Positions 36,688-44,963 of a stretch of 64,000 nt of DNA are shown in pieces. The DNA comes from an archaeon (GTDB lineage: Archaea > Iainarchaeota > Iainarchaeia > Iainarchaeales > JAAZKV01), in the NCBI GenBank assembly GCA_041664905.1, contig JBAYJX010000002.1:530-64529 (forward strand), in the 5' to 3' direction. Position numbers and translations under genes: made by a program. Within the stretch, counting starts at the first letter, position 1; each line of letters begins with the position of its first letter. Under the pieces are notes generated by a model. It saw nothing but the letters and a program-made list of their open reading frames with translations, did no database searches and was not told the origin of the DNA.

Positions 36688-37620
36688 TTATTGGACTTTT
36701 AGTTTTGTTGCACCGTACCCTTTTCCAAGTAGGGATGCAACTATTTTGTCTTGTTGTTTATCCCCTTCGCATAAAATCAAAATATTTCCTGCGTGTCCAG
36801 CAAGTTTTGCCCCAAATGCTCCTTCAAAAGTTGCTATTCGAATTATTTGATCAACTTCAGGGAAAGTTATTCCTAAGTCTGAAAGAATAGCTTGGTTTTG
36901 GGCCATTAGTCTTCCTATTTCTTGGTTTCCACCATATTTTAGTTCATCTTTTAATTTTGTAACTATTTTTTTTAAGTCACTTGCTGCAGAACTTATTTCT
37001 TTTGGTTTTGCAGTTTTCTTTTCATCAAACTTCTTTCGTAAATCAGAAGGAGTTACTTTTGAATTTGCTTTTGCAACTACAAAAAATAATGGTTTTGCAG
37101 CACGCAGTGATTTTGGTTTTGATTCAGCACTGGTTTCTTCAATTATCACCATTGAATCTAGCGTTGATACTGCTGCGTGAACCTTTAGTTCAGTGCACCC
37201 AACTTCTTTTAACGCAAGTGCTGCAGAATTATACACTCTATCACTTTTCCAATTTTCAATTGATAATTGATCTACCGCTTTTTCGATTGCAACGCAAAGA
37301 ACTGATTCATATCCTTGGGTTTCTTTTGTCATTGTTCCGTTTATTGTTAATTTGTATCCTTTTTTTGGCATATCAATTTCTTTGCCAAACAGAGAATCAA
37401 TAAACTTTGATTCTAACTTATCTTTTCCAGTAAGTTTTAGGAATTTTTCTTTTGTTATTTGATTATCAATTTCTACATCTTCTAATTCTTTTTTTTTCTC
37501 AACCTTTGCTTCAATAAATAATGTTGAAGGAAATGCTACTGTTTGTGCCCCTATTTCTCCTAGGTATTCCCCAAAAAATATTTCTGCCGCAAAGGCTTTT
37601 CCACTCATTTTTTCAGCCAT
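36688..37620 (-). CDS. degenerate GHMP-kinase-like paralog of mevalonate kinase
   Basis: The ends resemble the neighbouring MVK. AAEIFFGEYLGEIG matches KTILFGEHFVVYG, and GAKLAGHAGNILILCEG...GKGYGATKLKV matches GAKLTGTGRGGLVIALTPG...AKGYTVTKTQ. The Gly/Ser-rich motif II is missing. Confidence 0.5.
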   Translation of the reverse strand: MAEKMSGKAFAAEIFFGEYLGEIGAQTVAFPSTLFIEAKVEKKKELEDVEIDNQITKEKFLKLTGKDKLESKFIDSLFGKEIDMPKKGYKLTINGTMTKETQGYESVLCVAIEKAVDQLSIENWKSDRVYNSAALALKEVGCTELKVHAAVSTLDSMVIIEETSAESKPKSLRAAKPLFFVVAKANSKVTPSDLRKKFDEKKTAKPKEISSAASDLKKIVTKLKDELKYGGNQEIGRLMAQNQAILSDLGITFPEVDQIIRIATFEGAFGAKLAGHAGNILILCEGDKQQDKIVASLLGKGYGATKLKVQ

Positions 37621-37624
37621 AAAC

Positions 37625-38557
37625 TTAACCTATTTGTGTTTTTGTTACCGTATAACCTTTTGCACTAATTGCTTTTGCAACACTCTCTTGCAATTCTTTT
37701 CCAGGAGTAAGTGCTATTACTAGTCCCCCTCTTCCTGTTCCAGTTAATTTGGCTCCAACTGCACCAGCACTTTTTGCTACAGACACCATTTCATCTAACT
37801 CTTTACAAGAAACAGTTATTTCTTGGAGTAACTTGTGGTTTTTATCCATCAACTCTCCAAGTTTTTTCAAATCATATTTTTTTATTGCACTTACTGCTTC
37901 TTCTTCAATACTCCCATATTCTGCAAATATTTTTTTCATCTTTTCTGGATTATCTTCTTTTATTTTTTTTACATCCCCAACAACTTCTTTTGTCAGAGCT
38001 GTTTTTCCTGAATTCCCTAGAACTATTTCAATTGGCTTTTTTATTTTCAAAACTTCAATTTTGTTTTCTCCGCCAGTTAAGTTTTTCTTAAACAATAAAA
38101 ATCCACCATAAGTTGCTACTGTATTATCTATTCCGCTTGGTGTTCCCGACCCAGCAGTTTCTCCTTCAAATGCAGCTTTGTTTATCTGGGAATCGTTCCA
38201 ATTCATTTTGTATTCATCATTAATTGCTCTTGCAAGTGCTACTGCACAGGCAGCTGATGCTCCTACTCCGCTTGCTGCGTATAAATCCCCTCCAAGAGTA
38301 ATTTGTAACTTGTCTTTTACCTGCATGTATTCTAATACACGAGTAATTAGTGGAGTGTATTCTCCTTTCTTCTCTTCTTTGTATCCTGGTGTTGCTGGCC
38401 GATTATCAATTAACTCATACCCATTACTACCTACAATTTTTTTTACTTGGGCAGTTGTTACTTGCCCTAATGCACAAGGAACCCCTTCAAGTCCATAAAC
38501 TACAAAGTGTTCTCCGAAAAGAATTGTTTTTCCATACCCTTTTCCAGTACCAGTCAT
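37625..38557 (-). CDS. mvk: mevalonate kinase
   Basis: GKTILFGEHFVVYG, ASGVGASAACAVALA and KLTGTGRGG GHMP motifs. The ATG at 38557 is preceded by GGTGA. Confidence 0.9.
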   Translation of the reverse strand: MTGTGKGYGKTILFGEHFVVYGLEGVPCALGQVTTAQVKKIVGSNGYELIDNRPATPGYKEEKKGEYTPLITRVLEYMQVKDKLQITLGGDLYAASGVGASAACAVALARAINDEYKMNWNDSQINKAAFEGETAGSGTPSGIDNTVATYGGFLLFKKNLTGGENKIEVLKIKKPIEIVLGNSGKTALTKEVVGDVKKIKEDNPEKMKKIFAEYGSIEEEAVSAIKKYDLKKLGELMDKNHKLLQEITVSCKELDEMVSVAKSAGAVGAKLTGTGRGGLVIALTPGKELQESVAKAISAKGYTVTKTQIG

Positions 38558-38610
38558 ACTCTTCACCAACAGAATTAGATTTAATAAGACTTTTAAATTG
38601 ATTAATTAAG

Positions 38611-40032
38611 CTATTTCTTTCTCATTACTAATAACCAGTTTAAGTTTCCTGTGTTTAATTCACCTGGCTTTGCTATTGGGTACTCAGGATTTGTTGTGCT
38701 TAATCCAAGTCTTGTTGCTTCTCTTTGCATTGCGCTACCCAGTCGGTATGCTCTGTTTCGGTATCCAAATGGTTTTTGAAGTCCAGGTCTTCCAATTTTT
38801 GTTGCACCTGTTTTTTTATCAACCCATTGTTCAGTTTGTCTTGCGTGTTCCATCCAATCCCGATTCTTTTCCGCCCACGCAGTAAAATCAAATCTTGTTG
38901 AAGCATTAATATCGGCAATCATTCTGTTGACTACTTGTGGAGGATATCCATATGAACGCATCCAAAAATTCAAAAAAGATATGTATGCATCATAATGAGT
39001 TATTTTTTTACCGTCTTCTGCTACCCCAACTATTGCTTTTTTTAACGCTGGAACGTTTACGCTTGGTGATCTTACTTCCGCACTTCCCCAGTCCCAATTA
39101 ACAAACATTCCGCCTGATTTAAGCAAGCGCTTTACACTTCGTAAGTAGGGTTTCAAATCTGTGGCAAAGTTTATTGTTGCAGCCCCCGCAGTCACGGCAT
39201 CAACTTTGCCAATTAGTTTAACAAATTCTTTTGAATATGTTCTTTCTCCTTTTTCGTGGAGTGGTTTTGGCATAACCCCTAGTGATACTGCCGCATTATA
39301 AAAATTTACTGGTAAAACTTTAATATTTTCTCTAAGCACCCCCAAATCCTCTAATTCATGAACAGCATATTTTTTTACAATTTCTCCTGCAACATCAACT
39401 AAAACAACCTTAAGCAACGCTCTCTGTTTGGGTTTCATTGCAGCAACAACTTCTTTTACTGTGCCCCCTGCAAAAGTACCAATATCTAAAATAGTTCTTG
39501 GTTTAACTTCATCTCCAAACATTTTTGCAATTCTTTCTCCAGCAATTTGATTCATTCTATTTGGATTTCCTTTTCCTGCTGCCGCAATTCTATCAATATA
39601 TTCTTTATCCGCAGTTACCCAAAATTTTGATGCTTTTATTCCGCGTTCTCGTGTTGCAGCTCTAAGTTGTTTTTCAAGTCTTGAGTTTAATTCAGGGTGC
39701 TGTCTAATTAGTGCTTGGATTTGTGGAACTCTATTAATTTCCTGTGCAAGTCTAGGAAGGGGAACAAAGTTATGAACTGTTTCTTTTGGAACTTTTGCAT
39801 AATCGTGCCCGATTTGATCAAGAGGATAAGGTTTTTCGCGAGCAGGATAAAATAATTGTTGTATACCTGGATTTGCTTGTCGAGCTATTTGTGAATCAAT
39901 ATCTTGCGCACTTTTTCCAAGCATATAAAGTGCTAATTCTCTTTTGTTAATTGGTTTTCTTGCACCAAATTGAGAAACTATTGCTCGGCGAAACTTTTTC
40001 CTAGCAACTTTAGCACTATGTGATAAACGCAT
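38611..40032 (-). CDS. arginine-rich class-I SAM-methyltransferase-like protein
   Basis: Motif I-like ILDIGTFAGGT, post-I VVLVDVAG, and LLKSGGMFVNWDWG. Basic N-terminus MRLSHSAKVARKKFRRAIV. First gene after a 279-nt gap that contains a TATA-like tract. Confidence 0.55.
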   Translation of the reverse strand: MRLSHSAKVARKKFRRAIVSQFGARKPINKRELALYMLGKSAQDIDSQIARQANPGIQQLFYPAREKPYPLDQIGHDYAKVPKETVHNFVPLPRLAQEINRVPQIQALIRQHPELNSRLEKQLRAATRERGIKASKFWVTADKEYIDRIAAAGKGNPNRMNQIAGERIAKMFGDEVKPRTILDIGTFAGGTVKEVVAAMKPKQRALLKVVLVDVAGEIVKKYAVHELEDLGVLRENIKVLPVNFYNAAVSLGVMPKPLHEKGERTYSKEFVKLIGKVDAVTAGAATINFATDLKPYLRSVKRLLKSGGMFVNWDWGSAEVRSPSVNVPALKKAIVGVAEDGKKITHYDAYISFLNFWMRSYGYPPQVVNRMIADINASTRFDFTAWAEKNRDWMEHARQTEQWVDKKTGATKIGRPGLQKPFGYRNRAYRLGSAMQREATRLGLSTTNPEYPIAKPGELNTGNLNWLLVMRKK

Positions 40033-40144
40033 GTAAATATTATTTCTCCAAAGTTTATATTTGTGAGGGTTAATGTTTTTCTTAAAAAAATCATCTTTGA
40101 ACTAACCCCTTCTTAAAGCTTGTCCAATTTTTCTTGAAGAGTGA

Positions 40145-40294
40145 TTGCCTTTGCCTAAATGTGGTGTTTGTGGTTGTGAAAACTGTCTTGTCTTCTATAA
40201 TCGTGCTGTTAGTGAGTATTATACTGGCGTTAAAGAAAAAATTACTATTTGTAGTTATTGTAAATCTACTGAAATAAAAAAAGAAGTTGTTTAG
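40145..40294 (+). CDS. possible small zinc-ribbon ORF (49 codons, TTG start)
   Basis: My own translation: (M)PLPKCGVCGCENCLVFYNRAVSEYYTGVKEKITICSYCKSTEIKKEVV, with two CxxC pairs. Opposite strand to all neighbours, and the start is weak. Confidence 0.25.
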   Translation: MPLPKCGVCGCENCLVFYNRAVSEYYTGVKEKITICSYCKSTEIKKEVV

Positions 40295-40311
40295 TTCCAA
40301 AAAATTTTGTT

Positions 40312-40710
40312 TTAAAACTTTGGAATAAATTTTGTTCCGTAGTGTATTACTCCTTTTTTTCCGCTTGTGTAGAATTTTCTAAATACTGCTTCTACTTCGG
40401 TTCCTACTTTTAGGTCTTCGTATTTGCAGTCCATTACTTGGGAGGTTATTCGTGCTCCTTCTTCTAAATCAATTATTGCTACGCAGTATGGTGCTTTTGT
40501 TTCGAATACTTCTGGTCCAGCGTGTATTTTTGTGTAAGTAACTATTTTTCCTTTGCCGGAAAATTCTACTTCAGAGAAATCCAAGTTCCCACAAGTACAC
40601 AAACCTTTTTTCTCAAAGTAAGTTGCTCCGCACTTTGTACATTTGTATCCATTTAGCCTGTAACGGTCTTTGTAGTTTCTCCATCTTATTATTGGGCTGT
40701 CTCGAAACAT
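40312..40710 (-). CDS. DUF35 Zn-ribbon/OB-fold protein (scaffold of the thiolase/HMG-CoA synthase complex)
   Basis: CTKCGATYFEKKGLCTCGN zinc ribbon followed by an OB fold. The ATG at 40710 is preceded by GGTGA. Confidence 0.85.
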   Translation of the reverse strand: MFRDSPIIRWRNYKDRYRLNGYKCTKCGATYFEKKGLCTCGNLDFSEVEFSGKGKIVTYTKIHAGPEVFETKAPYCVAIIDLEEGARITSQVMDCKYEDLKVGTEVEAVFRKFYTSGKKGVIHYGTKFIPKF

Positions 40711-40748
40711 TTTCTTCACCAAATTTTATTTTTAAACTCATTTTAATC

Positions 40749-40958
40749 TTATTGTATTCTTCTTTTGTATTCACTTCTTTTTACTAATGGTTCTTCCATT
40801 GCTTTGTCTTCTCTCCATTTTTTTGCAATTTTCCATCTTTGACCATTTTCGTCTTCTCGAACAGGAGCTTCTACTCTTCTTGCTTCTATTCTGTGCGGAA
40901 CTTGTGTGTCCCATTTTTCTTCTTTTTTTCCAAATAATCTTTCTAATAATCCAGCCAT
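40749..40958 (-). CDS. small highly charged protein (69 aa) between thiolase and DUF35
   Basis: MAGLLERLFGKKEEKWDTQVPHRIEARRVEAPVREDENGQRWK... The ATG is preceded by AGGTGA. No family recognised. Confidence 0.5.
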   Translation of the reverse strand: MAGLLERLFGKKEEKWDTQVPHRIEARRVEAPVREDENGQRWKIAKKWREDKAMEEPLVKRSEYKRRIQ

Positions 40959-40979
40959 GTTTTCACCTTTTAATTAAAA

Positions 40980-42134
40980 TCATTTCATTTTTCTAAATAC
41001 GTGTACGCATGCTGTTGCTCCTGAACCGCCTACGTTGTAAGTTACTCCTACTTCTGCTCCTTTTACTTGTCTTTTTCCGCCTTCGCCGCGTAGTTGCATT
41101 GTTGCTTCTACTGCTTGTTTTACTCCTGTTGCTGCTACGGGGTGTCCGCATGCTTTTAATCCGCCTGATGTATTAACAGGGTGTTTGCCATCAAAGTATG
41201 TTTGTTTTGAAGTGTATAATTCAGCAGCCATTCCTTGTTTTGCTAAGCCAAGTGCTTCTACCGCGTATATTTCTGCGATTGAAAAACAATCGTGTACTTC
41301 TGCAAAGTTTACTTGTTTTGGAGTTATTCCTGCTTGAGTAAATGCGCGTTCTCTTGCAGTAAATCCTGCGTCAAGTCTAAGTAGTGATTTTCTTCGTGCT
41401 AGTGAAAGTGAGTCTGTTGCTAGTCCCGAACCAGTAATGTAAACTTCGCTTCCAAGTTTTTTAGCAGTTTTTTCGCTTGCAAGTATTATTGATGCAGCTC
41501 CGTCTGTTATTGGAGAACAATCAAATAGAGTTAGTGGGTCTGCAACCATTGTTGAATTCAAAACTGTGTCAACTGTTATTTCGCTTTGGAATTGTGCGTA
41601 TGGGTTTCTTGCTCCGTGGAAGTGGTTTTTTACTGATACTTCTGCTAGTACTTCTCGAGTTAAACCATATTCTTTCATGTAAGAATTTGCTAGTAATGCA
41701 TATAATCCTGGAAAAGTTAATCCGTTGAATCCTTCTAGTTCTTCGTCTCCTGCTCCCATTAGTGCGGTTGTTACTTGTTCGGTTGAAACATCTGTCATTT
41801 TTTCTACTCCGCTCACCATTACAATATCTGCACTACCGCTTTCAATTGCATGTACTCCTTGTCTTAGTGCAAGTGAACCGCTTGCGCATGCTCCTTCTAC
41901 TCTTACTGAGGGTTTGTCAATATTTAGATTTTCTGCAGCCATTGCTCCAATATGTAATTGTCCTGAGAGTGAATCTCCGCACATGTTTCCTGTGTATAAT
42001 GCATCTATTTGTTTTGGCTCTAGTTTTGCATCATTTAGTGCACGTAGTTGTGCGTCAAGTAAAAGCTCTCGCAAGCCCTGTTCCCAAATTTCCCCGAACT
42101 TGGTTATTCCTATTCCTAGTACTCCAACTTTCAT
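40980..42134 (-). CDS. acetyl-CoA acetyltransferase (archaeal thiolase)
   Basis: VRVEGACASGSLAL (active-site Cys), GGLKACGHPVAATG, NVGGSG motifs. Confidence 0.9.
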   Translation of the reverse strand: MKVGVLGIGITKFGEIWEQGLRELLLDAQLRALNDAKLEPKQIDALYTGNMCGDSLSGQLHIGAMAAENLNIDKPSVRVEGACASGSLALRQGVHAIESGSADIVMVSGVEKMTDVSTEQVTTALMGAGDEELEGFNGLTFPGLYALLANSYMKEYGLTREVLAEVSVKNHFHGARNPYAQFQSEITVDTVLNSTMVADPLTLFDCSPITDGAASIILASEKTAKKLGSEVYITGSGLATDSLSLARRKSLLRLDAGFTARERAFTQAGITPKQVNFAEVHDCFSIAEIYAVEALGLAKQGMAAELYTSKQTYFDGKHPVNTSGGLKACGHPVAATGVKQAVEATMQLRGEGGKRQVKGAEVGVTYNVGGSGATACVHVFRKMK

Positions 42135-42139
42135 AAATC

Positions 42140-42862
42140 TCACTTTAATCCAAACCAACCTTTAACATTTGCTTTTGTTTTTCCAATTACTTCAATTGTT
42201 TGTGCCCCACTAGGCGTATCAAATGTTATTATTTCTTTTCCTGCAGCATTTTTAGAAATTGTTGCATTTGTAATCTCTTTTCTGTCTATTTCCATTTGAC
42301 CTTTTGTAGCAGGATTATATAATTCCATTTTTGTTCCAACAAATCGCACTCCTGTTTTTACTCCGTTGTGTTTTGATTCAGTAAATGTTCCACCCATTAA
42401 AGCGATTAAGTTTTTTACAAGCATTCTGTTTGGTCCGGAAACATTTGTAAAAAATACTCTTCCTTTTGCATCAACATAAACAAATTTTTTTTGCAAATCT
42501 ACAACACTTTTCAATAACGCAGAGTCTCTTGCCATTTCTGCTGAAAGAGTGTAGAGTATCATGTTAGCTGCACCGTTGGCTTTTACTCTTTGCGCTTCAG
42601 TTTCTTTCACTACTCTTAATAATAAAGCTGAACTTGCAAAATCTGCCAGTGCTACTGTGCTTTGAGCAAGGTATGTTCCTTTCTCGGATTTTTCTCCTTT
42701 CTGTAATCCTCTTACCACATCTACTGCGTTAAAAAAAGTAGTATTTATTGAACTTTCTCCCCCATTCCAAAATGCACTCCTCACTTTTTTTCTTGCCTCA
42801 ACCGCTTTTGGAACAACTTGCGCTGCCGTACGGCCCCTCAAACTAAATAATCTGTGTGGCAT
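42140..42862 (-). CDS. hypothetical protein inserted between HMG-CoA synthase and thiolase
   Basis: MPHRLFSLRGRTAAQVVPKAVEARKKVRSAF... in 240 aa. Starts 10 nt after the HMGCS stop and ends 5 nt before the thiolase ATG. No family recognised. Confidence 0.5.
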   Translation of the reverse strand: MPHRLFSLRGRTAAQVVPKAVEARKKVRSAFWNGGESSINTTFFNAVDVVRGLQKGEKSEKGTYLAQSTVALADFASSALLLRVVKETEAQRVKANGAANMILYTLSAEMARDSALLKSVVDLQKKFVYVDAKGRVFFTNVSGPNRMLVKNLIALMGGTFTESKHNGVKTGVRFVGTKMELYNPATKGQMEIDRKEITNATISKNAAGKEIITFDTPSGAQTIEVIGKTKANVKGWFGLK

Positions 42863-42872
42863 AATTTTCACT

Positions 42873-43910
42873 TTAGTGTATCTCTTCCATGTGTTTCAAA
42901 TATTGAGCATATGTTAAGTATTCTTTTCGTGCAATATAATCTGAAACTTTTCTTGCTTTGTTTTGTGCTTTTAGTATTTTGTCTGTTACTGTGTAAATGA
43001 ATGAATCGCTTCCTGATCCGCTTCCGTAGGAAGTCATTAATATTTTATCATCTGGTTTTGCTATATCAAGTACGCTTGCAAGACCCAGCATTGATGAACC
43101 TGAGTAAGTGTTTCCTATTTTTGTTACAACTAAACCTGGTTCGATTTGTTCTTTTGTTACTCCAAATATTTTTGCAACACGTAAAGGAAATTTTCCATTT
43201 GGCATGTGGAACACCACATATTTAAAATCTGTAATTTTTGAATTTGTTTTTTCCAAAATATTTTTTGTTGCACTTACTACATGCTTGAAGTATGCTGGTT
43301 CGCCTGTAAATCTTCCTGCGTGTGCTGGGTACGGTTCAAGTGCTCTTCTCCAAAAATCTGGTGTATCAGTTGTAAATGATAATGTATGATCAATTGTTGC
43401 TATTGCTTCTTTGTTTTGACCAATAATATATGCTGCTCCGCCTGCTGCTGCACTATATTCAAGTGCGTTTCCAGGTTCTGCTTGTGAAGTATCTGCCCCA
43501 ATACTTATTCCATATTTAACCATTTTTGAGTCAACTAATCCTGCGTTTATTTGTATTGTAGCTGAACCAGCTTTGCATGCAAACTCTGTGTCTACAGCCA
43601 TGTAATTATTTCCCATATCAAGCGCTTCAGCCACTATTGATGAACTTGGTTTTACTGCGTAGGGGTGGGATTCTGATCCAATGTAAATTGAACCAATTTC
43701 TTTTCTATTGATTTGTGCTCGTGCTAGTGCATCTCGTGCTGCGTGAACGGAAATTGTAATTGTGTCTTCATCTTTTCCGGGAACTGATTTTTCGGTTAAG
43801 CCTAAGCCAGCTTTTACTGCTGCAGCATCTGCATTTTGTACAAGAGCTATTTCCTCAGCACGTATTCTGTACTTTGGTATATATGCTCCCCATCCAACTA
43901 TTCCAGCCAT
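42873..43910 (-). CDS. hydroxymethylglutaryl-CoA synthase (archaeal type)
   Basis: GIVGWGAYIPKYRI, EFACKAGS (catalytic Cys), NTYSGSS motifs. ATG at 43910. Confidence 0.9.
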   Translation of the reverse strand: MAGIVGWGAYIPKYRIRAEEIALVQNADAAAVKAGLGLTEKSVPGKDEDTITISVHAARDALARAQINRKEIGSIYIGSESHPYAVKPSSSIVAEALDMGNNYMAVDTEFACKAGSATIQINAGLVDSKMVKYGISIGADTSQAEPGNALEYSAAAGGAAYIIGQNKEAIATIDHTLSFTTDTPDFWRRALEPYPAHAGRFTGEPAYFKHVVSATKNILEKTNSKITDFKYVVFHMPNGKFPLRVAKIFGVTKEQIEPGLVVTKIGNTYSGSSMLGLASVLDIAKPDDKILMTSYGSGSGSDSFIYTVTDKILKAQNKARKVSDYIARKEYLTYAQYLKHMEEIH

Positions 43911-44001
43911 AATCTCTACCACATTTAATTCAATTCTTAAATAAAAACTAAGCTGTTTGAGTTTATTTCTCAACCAGGTTAAACATTCTCTTTATCTGCA
44001 C

Positions 44002-44070
44002 GGTATAAAAACCTTTCCAATATGACGAAGCAAAGTTCGGCAATTGACGTGAACAGGGGGGTTTCTCCGC
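44002..44070. promoter_or_regulatory. conserved upstream element, copy 1 (TATA plus ACGAAG-N16-GACG), upstream of the HMGCS operon
   Basis: ggtataaaaacctttccaatatgacgaagcaaagttcggcaattgacg aligns at ~40 of 47 positions with 48691-48737. Confidence 0.5.
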
Positions 44071-44107
44071 AAACCAACAATAAACAACAAAAAATTTTTT
44101 TGTTTAG

Positions 44108-44155
44108 ATTCACAAAGGTAATTATTTAAACTGAGTTAAAGAGTATTTTGTGAAT
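44108..44155. promoter_or_regulatory. inverted repeat ATTCACAAA-N30-TTTGTGAAT bracketing the putative promoter of the ZIP transporter
   Basis: Arms at 44108-44116 and 44147-44155, read directly. TATA-like ttatttaaa lies at 44122-44130 and the ATG at 44164. Confidence 0.35.
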
Positions 44156-44163
44156 GTGTTATC

Positions 44164-44901
44164 ATGCTTTTTGAACTTTTTGGAATTTTAATAATTTTTG
44201 CTTTAATTTCTTTTGTAGGGGTTTTTACGCTTAGTTTGAATCAAAAGAGACTCGAGTTTTGGCTTGGAGGAATGGTTGCTTTTGCAGTAGGAGCACTATT
44301 AGGGGATGTGTTTATTCATTTGCTTCCAGAGTTAGGTACTGCAGGACTTTCAATAGAAATTTCTCTAACAGTTCTTGTGGGAATGGTTGTTTTTTTTATT
44401 TTAGAAAAATATGTTCACTGGCATCACTGTCATCACACAAATCATTCGCATGAATACCAATCTTTTAGTTACATGATTTTGATTGGTAATGCGCTTCATA
44501 ATTTTACGGATGGGGTAATTTTAGCTGGAGCTTTTCTTGCGAGTCCCATAATTGGTTTTTCTACAGCAATTGCAATTTTTATGCACGAAATCCCACAAGA
44601 AATTGGAGATTTTGGAGTTTTATTAAAAGGAGGATTTTCAAAAAGCAAAGCTCTTTTCTACAACTTTATTGTTTCACTAACAGCTTTTATTGGAGCAATT
44701 CTTACTCTTCTTTTTACTAATACTGTAAACGGAGCAACTCCTTTTTTTGTTGCTTTTGCAGTAGGCGGATTTTTGTACATTGCAGGAACTGATTTGCTCC
44801 CACAATTACAAAAAGATTCTTCAACAAAACAAGTTTTTATGCAACTATTTTTTATTTTATTTGGAATAGGAATAATGGCTGCGCTGCTTTTTGTTAAATA
44901 A
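44164..44901 (+). CDS. zupT: ZIP-family divalent metal (zinc) transporter
   Basis: HHCHHTNHSH loop, HNFTDG, HEIPQEIGDFGVL motifs. Multiple TM segments. Confidence 0.85.
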   Translation: MLFELFGILIIFALISFVGVFTLSLNQKRLEFWLGGMVAFAVGALLGDVFIHLLPELGTAGLSIEISLTVLVGMVVFFILEKYVHWHHCHHTNHSHEYQSFSYMILIGNALHNFTDGVILAGAFLASPIIGFSTAIAIFMHEIPQEIGDFGVLLKGGFSKSKALFYNFIVSLTAFIGAILTLLFTNTVNGATPFFVAFAVGGFLYIAGTDLLPQLQKDSSTKQVFMQLFFILFGIGIMAALLFVK

Positions 44902-44963
44902 ACTCAACTGTTGCCAGCAAGTGTAAGCAGTAGATTTATAATTTTCCAAGCCCTATTTAGTGT

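Noticed and set aside
34312-40032. UbiD + UbiX + methyltransferase as a quinone (ubiquinone/menaquinone) biosynthesis cluster
   Set aside because: They are interleaved with mvk and adjacent to AcnX subunits and IPK. No UbiA-type prenyltransferase or ring-modifying enzymes are present. The archaeal-type mevalonate pathway explains UbiD/UbiX.
40091-40300. 69-aa minus-strand track ORF
   Set aside because: Asn/Phe/Thr low-complexity sequence with no SD-like motif. It lies in the promoter gap of the methyltransferase-mvk operon and is probably non-coding.
44002-44070. C/D-box sRNA interpretation of the conserved element (ATGACGA resembles a C box)
   Set aside because: No CTGA D box at the expected distance, no terminal stem, and the second copy lacks the ATGA. 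A promoter/operator reading fits better.
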